DNA from: Nemertoderma westbladi
Lineage: Eukaryota; Animalia; Xenacoelomorpha
Reading direction: 5' to 3'
Length of the DNA: 47,753 bases
NCBI GenBank assembly: GCA_032718475.1
Contig: JAUCBJ010002948.1
Coordinates: 1-47,753 of the forward strand
Part shown: piece by piece, positions 1-9,948 of the stretch
How positions within the stretch are numbered: the first letter of the stretch is position 1
How the letters are laid out: each line of letters begins with the position of its first letter
Notes under the pieces: model-generated
Database searches by the model: none
What the model saw: only the letters and a program-made list of their open reading frames with translations
What the model was told of the DNA's origin: nothing
Made by a program: the position numbers and the translations under genes

Positions 1-26
1 GTAACTGGATTCTGTTAATATAAGGT

Positions 27-551
27 TCAACCACCTGGCTTCTTGGAACCCAACCAGTAACCGATAGCTACTCCAGCGCAAAGAACAGAGAGATGGCTGG
101 CGACCAAACCGGAGACGAGCTTCGCGCGGAGTATGTCGTCCTCCATACTCTTAGCGAGTCTCTCGGCAGCCTCCAGTGGGAGGACCCCGTGGGAACGGGA
201 CGAAGCCGAATCCACGTCCGGGCGGGTCGACCACTCCCAGATCCATTCCGGGTTGCTCGGGTCCAACATACTCGAGACGTTGCCCCCTACCAGAGCGGGG
301 GACAGTTGGGGACGGGGGCTGCTCGTTGTACTGCCCCCTATCGAGCTACCGGTACCAACACTCAGACACCCACTGACACCCTCCCTCTGCGCCTCCCTCA
401 GCAACCTTTCCAGTTGTCCTTCGTGATCACTGGAGTTCAACTTGTTCTTCCCTGATGAGGTTAGACTCCCTCTACTAGACGGACTCACCAACCCCATGTC
501 CAACACCCAAGAGTCCAGTAAGTTACTGTCCCCGTTCGACGCAACACTCAT
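27..551 (-). CDS. BNIP3: BNIP3/BNIP3L(NIX)-family mitophagy receptor, single coding exon, 174 aa
   Basis: N-terminal DSWV (LIR region), LERLLREAQRE, EWIWEWSTRP (family WIWDWSSRP motif) and a C-terminal TM helix SHLSVLCAGVAIGYWLG followed by basic residues. Confidence 0.85.
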   Translation of the reverse strand: MSVASNGDSNLLDSWVLDMGLVSPSSRGSLTSSGKNKLNSSDHEGQLERLLREAQREGVSGCLSVGTGSSIGGSTTSSPRPQLSPALVGGNVSSMLDPSNPEWIWEWSTRPDVDSASSRSHGVLPLEAAERLAKSMEDDILRAKLVSGLVASHLSVLCAGVAIGYWLGSKKPGG

Positions 552-1620
552 GTTTGTAGAGAATCGAATTTAGTTGATTAAATTGCTAAAACTGCCGTGA
601 ACATTAAATTATTAAGTTATAAGTCAGTAAGTGTTACATTACAATACAGAGTATATAATAAAACAACAATTGATTTAATATTTACTTAATAACCTATTAA
701 TTAATTAATAAAGATACTCACCGGTGTTGCATGAACCCCCCCCCCCCCCCCCCCCCCCCCTCCTGCTGTCCTGGGCAATACCGTCTAACAGTCTACAATC
801 AGTATTTTTGATGATATTAACCACATACTAACTTGCATTATCTAGTAACACGTGTTTACTTTTGATTACTGTTTTGGTTCCCCCATGTACACAGTAAGCC
901 CAGTAGAGTATCATGTTCCTCTACTAACCTGTACAAATACAATTTAGTACGGTATGTTTAGGTGGGGGTAGGGGGGGTGGGTTCTAAAATATGACACCGG
1001 TAAATAATTAATTCACATTATTTTCGAATTATCGGCCTCGCATTTACAGGTCGATTAGGCTAATTGCTGAACCACAAATTTGATTATGTCAACCTACTGA
1101 CCTATCAACTGAAAGGCTGTTGATATCCTCGTATCGTAATCGGTAATGTTGCAAAGTACAACCATACAGCGTTACGGGTTATATTGCTATAGGTCGGAAC
1201 GCTGCAAAGTAATCCATCGCTTAGAATTAGAAACTATCGATAGTACCGTACACTGTCCACTCTCTGACAGTCCTGCAGTCTGCTGGGTATGGCTTTATTT
1301 AACTACCTTTTCTGACTACTGGCTGTATTTAATGAGAGCAGTAACTGTTATGTGAGTACAGTTAGCGGCCATTCGGCTATCACCGTCATCCGCTGGCTGC
1401 CTGGTCAGGTCACAGTCTGGCAATCAAGAGCTCAGTGCTCAGAGTGGAGTGGCGGCGGCGGGTGAACCGAATGTTACAACCTGACAACTGCTGAACGTCT
1501 CAGAATGCCAAATGCTATCAGTGAGTCAGACCATAGATAGTGCGCGAGCGCGAGTACGACAGCTGAACTGTACGACTGTACGATAAAGTAAAGTAACCAA
1601 GGTGCAACGGTGCACTGGTG

Positions 1621-1657
1621 CAAGGCCATCTAAAAAAGTGTTGTTTAGATGGCCTTG
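1621..1657. mobile_element. 37-bp CAAGG...CCTTG palindrome, possible P-superfamily excision footprint
   Basis: caaggccatctaaaaaa-gtg-ttgtttagatggccttg, arms 16/17 complementary. Flanking 8-mers are only 5/8 identical. Confidence 0.35.
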
Positions 1658-2487
1658 AACAGTTGAAAGTACCGCTACCGACTACCTCAGTAACTCCTAC
1701 CTACCTGCCTACGCATTTACTGTTTACGGTACCGTGTTCATGTACCGGTCGGCCTCGGCGGTCATACATCTGTACATTCAGACATCGCACAGTACGCCTT
1801 AGGCCCATTTCAGTTACTGTTACCGGTACTGCTGTATTGCAGTATTGTGTTACATTAGCACTACAGGCAAGCACTGCTGCCCCTACGATATTATTTGTTT
1901 ACATTATGGATCAGCTGATGTTGAGTAATTTGATAATTTGAAGTGGGTGAGTAAGAATGAATGATAGTGCAGTCCAACACAGTGACAGTAGGCTACTGCA
2001 ATGCCTTACGCCCAAGGACTGAAGCTTCAGTAGTCATTGCTTACGCTACAGCTTTCAGGCATTGTTTGTTTATTAACGTTAATCTTGTATGGAAATAAAT
2101 ACAGGAGCTCACAAGATGTATGCAAGGCTTACTGGAATTATTCTTCACCCTTCCTCCAGTAATTGTCTTAATAAATAATGTGGCCAATGAGACTTACCAT
2201 ATGCCCATTGCCCAAGGATAACAAAAAATCTGACTTTGCCATATGCATGGCGATTGGTCCTCTCAGTTGCAACAGTCAATGTAGACAAACTTCACAAAAG
2301 CTGGATCAAGCCATCAGCTCCACTTGAACAACAGGGACCCCGACCCTTTACCTCTGTGGTTGTAGAAAACTGTGAGGGCTACACACAATCTTCACAGAGT
2401 CAGTTAAGGAGGAAAGGCAGTAGACGCAGAAAACAATTCCTGTAACTTCGAAAAAGAAAACTGTCATGCTTAAGACTTTACCACAAT

Positions 2488-4416
2488 TCGAAAGTGCCGA
2501 GAGCGCCAGAGAAGCTCACTAAATCCAGATGATGCTACTGCCTAAGGCTACTGCTTGAAAGTGCCGAGAGCGCTAGAGAAGCTCACTAAATCCAGATAAT
2601 GCTACTGCCTGAGGCTACTGCTCGAAAGTGCTAGAGAAGCTCACTAAATCCAGATAATGCTACTGCCTCTGAGGCTACTGCTCGAAAGTGCCGAGAGCGC
2701 CAGAGAAGCTCACTAAATCCAGATAATGCTACTGCCTGAGGCTACTGCTTGAAAGTGCTGAGATCGCTAGAGAAGCTCACTAAATCCAGATAATGCTACT
2801 GCCTGAGGCTACTGCTCGAAAGTGCCGCGGGCGCTATAGAGAAGCTCACTAAATCAAGATAATGCTACTGCCTGAGGCTACTGCTCGAAAGTGCCGAGAG
2901 CGCTAGAGAAGCGCACTAAATCCAAGAATGCTACTGCCTGAGGCTACTGCTCGAAAGTGCCGAGAGCGCTAGAGAAGCTCACAAAATCCAGATAATTCTA
3001 CTGCCTGAGGCTACTGCTCGCAAGTGCCTAGAGCGCTAGAGAAGCTCACTACATCCAGATAATGCTACTGCCTGAGGCTACTGCTCAAAAGTGCCGAGGG
3101 CGCTAGAAAAGCTCACTAAATCCAGTTAATGCTACTGCCTGAGGCTACTGCTCGAAAGTGCCGAGGGCGCTAGAGAAGCTCACTAAATCCAGATAATGCT
3201 ACTGCCTGAGGCTACTGCTCAAAAGTGCCGAGGGCGCTAGAGAAGCTCACTAAATCCAGATAATGCTACTGCCTGAGGCTACTGCTCGAAAGTGCCACGG
3301 GCGCTATAGGAGAAGCTCACTAAATCCAGATAATGCTACTGCTCGAAAGTGCCGAGAGCGCTAGAGAAGCGCACTAAATCCAGATAATGCTACTGCCTGA
3401 GGCTACTGCTCGAAAGTGCCGAGAGCGCTAGAGAAGCTCACTAAATCCAGATAATTCTACTGCCTGAGGCTACTGCTCGAACGTGCCGAGAGCGCTAGAG
3501 AAGCTCACTAAATCCAGATAATGCTACTGCATGAGGCTACTGCTCGAAAGTGCCGAGGGCGCTAGAGAAGCTCACTAAATCCAGATAATGCTACTGCCTG
3601 AGGCTACTGCTTGAAAGTGCCTAGAGTGCTAGAGAAGCTCACTAAATCCAGATAATGCTACTGCCTGAGGCTACTGCTCGAAAGTGCCGAGAGTGCTAGA
3701 GAAGCTCACTAAATCCAGATAATGCTACTGTCTCTGAGGCTACTGCTCGAAAGTGCCGAGAGCGCCAGAGAAGCTCACTAAATCCAGATAATGCTACTGC
3801 CTGAGGCTACTGCTTGAAAGTGCTGAGAGCGCTAGAGAAGCTCACTAAATCCAGATAATGCTACTGCCTGAGGCTACTGCTCGAAAGTGCCGCGGGCGCT
3901 ATAGAGAAGCTCACTAAATCCAGATAATGCTACTGCCTGAGGCTACTGCTCGAAAGTGCCGAGGGCGCTAGAGAAGTGCACTAAATCCAGATAATGCTAC
4001 TGCCTGAGGCTACTGCTCGAAAGTGCCGAGAGCGCTAGAGAAGCTCACCAAATCCAGATAATGCTACTGCCTGAGGCTACTGCTCGAAAGTGCCGAGAGC
4101 GCTAGAGAAGCTCACCAAATCCAGATAATGCTACTGCCTGAGGCTACTTCTCGAAAGTGCCGAGAGCGCTAGAGAAGCTCACTAAATCCAGATAATGCTA
4201 CTGCCTGAGGCTACTGCTCGAAAGTGCCGAGAGCGCTAGAGAAGCTCACCAAATCCAGATAATGCTACTGCCTGAGGCTACTGCTCGAAAGTGCCGAGGG
4301 CGCTAGAGAAGTGCACTAAATCCAGATAATGCTACTGCCTGAGGCTACTGCTTGAAAGTGCCGAGTGCGCTACAGAAGCTCACTAAATCCAGATAATGCT
4401 ACTGCCTGAGGCTACT
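2488..4416. repeat. 67-bp minisatellite, about 29 copies
   Basis: Unit gaaagtgccgagagcgctagagaagctcactaaatccagataatgctactgcctgaggctactgctc, with scattered substitutions and small indels; no unique spacers. Confidence 0.97.
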
Positions 4417-4557
4417 ATGCCTATGTGACCAATATAGACATGTACTGTACATTACAGTTGTACATAGATAGACTTGCACCCAAGAAGGCAACCTACTGAA
4501 CTGTAACAATCTTCGGATCTTTTCTTGGAATCTATAAACTCGATTTCTGCAAATAGT

Positions 4558-5004
4558 CGAGTAGACGCTTGGTACATTTTACTGACGAACCGTTCTCCAG
4601 CGTACGCCGAGTAGACGCTTGGTACATTTTACTGACGAACCGTTCTCCAGCGTACGCCGAGTAGACGCTTGGTACATTTTACTGACGAACCGTTCTCCAG
4701 CGTACGCCGAGTAGACGCTTGGTACATTTTACTGACGAACCGTTCTCCAGCGTACGCCGAGTAGACGCTTGGTACATTTTACTGACGAACCGTTCTCCAG
4801 CGTACGCCGAGTAGACGCTTGGTACATTTTACTGACGAACCGTTCTCCAGCGTACGCCGAGTAGACGCTTGGTACATTTTACTGACGAACCGTTCTCCAG
4901 CGTACGCCGAGTAGACGCTTGGTACATTTTACTGACGAACCGTTCTCCAGCGTACGCCGAGTAGACGCTTGGTACATTTTACTGACGAACCGTTCTCCAG
5001 CGTA
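4558..5004. repeat. 50-bp perfect tandem repeat, about 9 copies
   Basis: Unit gtagacgcttggtacattttactgacgaaccgttctccagcgtacgccga repeated with no visible variant. Confidence 0.97.
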
Positions 5005-5994
5005 TGACTGCAATTTTATTTGCTCATGATTTTGTTCCACATTATAACAATAAATTTTCGCTATAAAGACTTTGGGAAAGGTTGAGCAATTTTTTTTATT
5101 GCCGTTTGTTTGGAGGGTAAAATCATAACAAAATTACCAAAAAAAATGTTAATCTATGTAGAGAATGTGTTAGCAACAACATTAAACATTCTAGAATATT
5201 ATTTTTTATGTAATACTTAATGCAAAACATTTCTGTAATAGGTTTCATTTAGGCAATTAAAATGACCTTAAAGAGAGTTGGAGGCGACGAGTGCTTTGAC
5301 TAACATAATTTAAAAAATCTTGATTAACAGTGACATTTAGTTTTGAGAAAGATTGCCTTATCTGGATCTACTGCCTTATATACCGGTAGCAATATGAGAA
5401 GGACTTTTGCCCTGAAAACCCGAAGATTGCCGCGATACGAAAAATTAGCTGGAAATGTGAAGATTCCGTTGGATTTGGGAGATGGTGAGCTTGAAGACCT
5501 AACTATTTTGGGAACCCGATTCTATCGAAGTTGTTATGTCAATTTTAAAGGTAATATACTTAATGTACACCACCATTTAATATATAGAATATTGTATAAT
5601 ACTTATATTTAAGAAGATTTGTATTTTCGCTTTACAATAATTGTTGTTTTAAAATAATTTTAAAACGTCCCCATCCAATCTAATCTAGCCACGGCCCTAT
5701 CAAGCATTATTGATCATTTCATGCTTTTTATGTAGCTATTTTTAATTTTTGATACAAATAAATGTTGTGGAACATATTGTCGTTACCCACATGTATACAA
5801 TATTATTGTTGCTCATAATTTTAAAATATGTTAGATTTTATTTATTTATTTTTATTTATTTTAAAATATGTCAGATTTTTTTGTTATGATGGAAATATTT
5901 TTTCAACTTGACGTGTTTATAACATAGGCCTATTTAAAAAAATGTGAATAAAACGCAACATAAAAGAGCAACATTCTCTATGTGAGGCCTAATC

Positions 5995-6265
5995 CTATAT
6001 AAAATCATTTTTTTGTATATTTTGGCAGCCACCACACGCAGACAAACAAATCTCCTTTCTTAGGGAGAGCTTTAGTTGACTTTTAGTCAAAATTGGTGGT
6101 TGCTTTTCCATATTCAGCATCCGTTTGCAAACATCCAGATCCAATAATGGTCTATTTAGCACTCCGGTTTTCCATACCTCCGCTGGGATTTCATCTAATC
6201 CACCTGCTTTATTATTGGACATGCTTTTAATGCTTCTTTGGAGTTCGGCAGGTGTGAAGTCCTCT
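5995..6265 (-). pseudogene. Degraded RTE-type LINE fragment (region just N-terminal to the RT core)
   Basis: EDFTPAELQRSIKSMSNNKAGGLDEIPAEVWK matches the LINE K(A/S)xGxDxIxxE motif; truncated where the element at 6266 begins. Confidence 0.7.
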
Positions 6266-7817
6266 GTGGGGCGAGCCACGAAGTGAGTGAGCCTTAGCGT
6301 AGTGGTACCATTAATCAACCTGTCGTTCTGTCGTTCTGTCGTTCTGTCGTTCTGTCGTGTTCAATTTTAAACGTTAATAACTCGGCCAATCTTTGATGAA
6401 ATCTATCCAAACTTGGTACACATGTTGTTTGGCAAAAGTTTAGAAATTTTCCAAGTAGAATTTCCGTGTGGCCTTCGAGAAGCTAAGATAATAGCAGTTA
6501 ATTAGTTAATTAAGTTGATTGCGGTGAAAACGCCATTTTCAACCTGCCTTTTAAAGGAAATTAATTGTTTTACAGTATAAGATTTAAATAATTATACTTA
6601 AAAATTATACAGATATAATCCCCATACGCCATTCTATTATAGTTTTTAATTAGTTTAAGTGATTTGCTTTAATAAATGTGTCTTTAATTGATCTAAACGT
6701 AATTAAACCGCACAATTATTGAGTACAAATTTAATCCTTCCCATTATTGGTCAAGTCTCTGCTGGTGTGGAGCTAGCTGCTGGGAGTTGTGGCTGTAGAC
6801 TAACCTGAGAGGAATTGTAATAGAGGCAACCAGTATTGCTATTCCAGCCCAATCACTGAATTGTGTTTATTATAGGCTGGACGGGCCGCCTAACCGTTCG
6901 ACTATTACTACTATTGCTATCTCAGTTAAATGACAGATATAATAACATAAATACAATCCATGGCATTGCTGTTGTAGGCTTCTGAAATAGTTTATTCCAC
7001 AATGTATCTGGTTATTTTTTAATTGAATTTTTGCAAAGTAGTAAAATTAATGTTCTTAAAAATAATATTATTATTTTATATGTAACCTAGGAAATTAGCT
7101 ACATTTTTTCGCTGCAGCTTTAAGAGTGTACATTGATTTAATATTATTTCAATACCCATATTACTACATCGGCATAAGATGCGTTGGCGTTGTATCACAC
7201 ATCTCCACATATCACACATCTCCACATAGATGTATCAACAGTTACTCGCACAGTTTCGAAACTTCGCATAGTTATAACTGTATAAAGATCGTCAGTCTGC
7301 GTTTAGGAAAAATATTTTATGACAAAACAGGACAAGCGACGAGCGCAACGAGGCATATAATGAAGACGAGTACTGCGTTGACTAAATTATTATATAAACC
7401 ACCTGGCTTCACATATTGATCGCATCCCTAGTTATTATTATTATAAAGATCGTCCTAGCTTGCGTTTAAGAAATATATTTAAATACAAAACAGGACGAAC
7501 GCAAAGAGGCTTATAATGAAAACGAGTACTGCGTTTATTATATTCCTATAAACCACCTGGCTTTGCATATTTAACGTGCGATTGGAAATAAGTTCGTGCT
7601 ACCCTTCCGTGGGTGGTAGATGTCGCGGTTATGTATTGGTGGTTGGGAAGGGTGGGGGGGGGGAGATTAAAAGGGGTGAACACGTACTGTCCACCTTTCT
7701 TTGATTGATTGGTGGTGTGGGTAAATTTCTCAAAACCTGATTTTGTGATACAGTCGCTGCATTTTAATTTGTATATAATAACTAGGCCTCGTGCTGCGCG
7801 AAGTCCCCACGAACGTG
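6266..7817 (+). mobile_element. DINE-1/HINE-like non-autonomous element, copy 1
   Basis: 5' gtggggcgagccacgaagt...gagccttagcg hairpin, (ctgtcgtt)n microsatellite, and 3' cgtgctgcgcgaagtccccac plus cacgaacgtg mini-hairpin. Both ends recur at 45058 and 46314. Confidence 0.6.
7281..7580. repeat. Diverged ~160-bp direct duplication inside the element above
   Basis: tataaagatcgtc...acgagtactgcgtt...tataaaccacctggctt occurs at 7281 and 7442. Confidence 0.75.
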
Positions 7818-8280
7818 TTTCTATAGGTAGCGTCTTGCCATATATTTTCTCGCTCTGATGCATTGGTTGGATTGTAGCAACACATTGTTGTTGTCTTGTG
7901 ATTCACACCAAATGTTGTATTTATGAGTTTATGATCCTGGAATTTTTATAGTCGATGAGGTTTAGTATCAGAAGTGCACATGGACTTAGGAGAATTCATA
8001 CTCCACCATTTGAAACATTGACCGAATTGTTTTCTGCTGAGCTTGCAGACTGGAAATGGATGGACGTTACAAACGTACATTTCAAATGTTATTTATTATA
8101 CTTGATGGCAATGTCTGATGACAAATCTGATATTATTGAATACAAATGATGTCGATATTATATTCCATTGCCAGAGATATAATAATGTTTGCTAAGCAGT
8201 TCAGAGTGCGTGCGTTCATTGTAGCAATCTTTAGTGTCTTTCTAAGTTTCAACAGGTTGGTTCTCATTCTTCTCTACCTT

Positions 8281-8315
8281 CTTTCATCCACTGGGGTCGA
8301 TAAAATGAGTACCTG
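8281..8315 (+). mobile_element. Remnant of a Deu/Nin-domain SINE core
   Basis: ctttcatccactggggtcgataaaatgagtacc resembles the conserved CTTTCATCCTTCCGAGGTCGATAAAATGAGTACC core recalled from Deu/Nin-domain SINEs. Confidence 0.55.
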
Positions 8316-8395
8316 TTGAATTACTGGAAGCAAACCTTGGGATAGGAGTAGCACCAGTCCTACCGTCGGGGAGCAGCTATTGAAGAGGGAGACAG

Positions 8396-8525
8396 AAGCA
8401 GGTAACAGTGGTACCTTATTCTAACCAAAATAATAAACGAAAGTCAATGGAACAGAATATAGTTTTATTTACTGTTATATGCGTCGAGAGATGTTTCCCT
8501 GGAGAGGGATGAATTTTAATTGCGA
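8396..8525 (+). repeat. Interspersed repeat fragment; related copies at ~13078..13212 (+) and ~41165..41224 (-)
   Basis: Shared agcaggt(t/a)acagt(g/a)g...ttctaa...aataaac motif in all three; the first two also share tggagagg...aattttaat. Confidence 0.6.
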
Positions 8526-9948
8526 CTAAAGTCCCTCCCTATCTTCGAAGAGATGCCTTCGGTTCGGCTTCGACCGACTGTTTGATTTGCTTTTTTACTA
8601 TTATATAATATAGATATTGATATATATTATTCTAATTCCTATAACTTTTAATTCGAACTTTTAATTCCTGCAAAGCTAACCTAGCATTGCGAAATATCTT
8701 GCACAAAATATAATGAAAGTATTATTTATTTCAGATATGAAATTTAGAATTAAAGGAAACTGCAGCATTCAAGAAAATAAGAAGAGCCAGCTCGCAAGTA
8801 TTATTCTGGAGAGCGGCTGTAGATAATATGGAGCCGGCAGCCGTCACTATAGCCTACAAACTTTGGTTTGATGTGGCAGCAATTTGTAAATTGGTCTTTA
8901 AAATTTTATTGCAAGTGTGCGAACAAGGACTGTGATAACGTGTTAATAAATATATTATCAAACATTCAACTAAAAGTAATTACTGCAAATGCAGAAGTTG
9001 TTTCATCGACAGTCCTTCACCTTTCATTTCACGGTCCACTGGTAATACCGAACATCACCTTACAGAAACAACATCTCAGTTTGGGTAACCACCGGCTACT
9101 TCGTTAAGGATAGACCTGCGCCATTCTGTCCATAAATGCATCGGCCTTTAAAGTCGACATTCGAATTAACATATTTCCGCCAGTTCTTGAGGGTACATGT
9201 CTAGAGAGAGTTAGGGTGCTGAGATGTATTCCTGAGAGAGAGGTATGTCTGTGCATTACTTGGCCACAGTTAAGAGCTCCAAATTTCACACAGAGCCTTG
9301 TATGTATTACAAGTTCACTGCCTGTAACAGTGTTTGCCATAACACTGCAATGTTACAAAATTTGTAACTTCTAACTTCAAACATAATAATTCTTCCTTAT
9401 ATTTTTATTTTCTCGAGCTTGGTTTCTCCTTATTTATGATTGACCAGTGTCTAAATATATAAATATACCCCTGCGTGTTAATTCATTATTGTTGCTATGT
9501 AAAACATCTGTCGTTAAGATAAATAGTGTTCTAGAAAAAATTGCTCAATGCGGACTATGTGAAATATAACATAATTTCAAATGGCTTATACAAGTTAACA
9601 CTTTCAGCAAAAAAACTGCAGTCATACCCAATTTGAACGGTGGTTGCCACTGTCTACTTGACTAAAAGCTACTTTTAAGACAATCGATTCAGTCAGTGTT
9701 TGGATATCGTACGTGTTCGGAATCATGTTCGTACTGTAGAGTATACTGGATTCTTGAGAAAATTACAGCAATCAGATAACTAGGTTGGTTTGCTATATTC
9801 TTATCTGGGCTGGTGTAAAAATTACTGCTACAGTATAATATTCAAATCCTTATTTAAAAAAGAAACATTTACAATTGAAATGATATGTATTTTGCACTTG
9901 TAAATAACACTTGTATAATATAACAACAATGAATTAATTAATAATTAA

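Noticed and set aside
93-455. Plus-strand ORFs over BNIP3
   Set aside because: Antisense shadows of a GC-rich real CDS; the same applies to ORFs overlapping Fer, MDH1B, the LINEs and MITF.
2488-5004. CRISPR-like appearance of the 67-bp and 50-bp arrays
   Set aside because: Head-to-tail repeats with no unique spacers, no cas genes, eukaryotic context.
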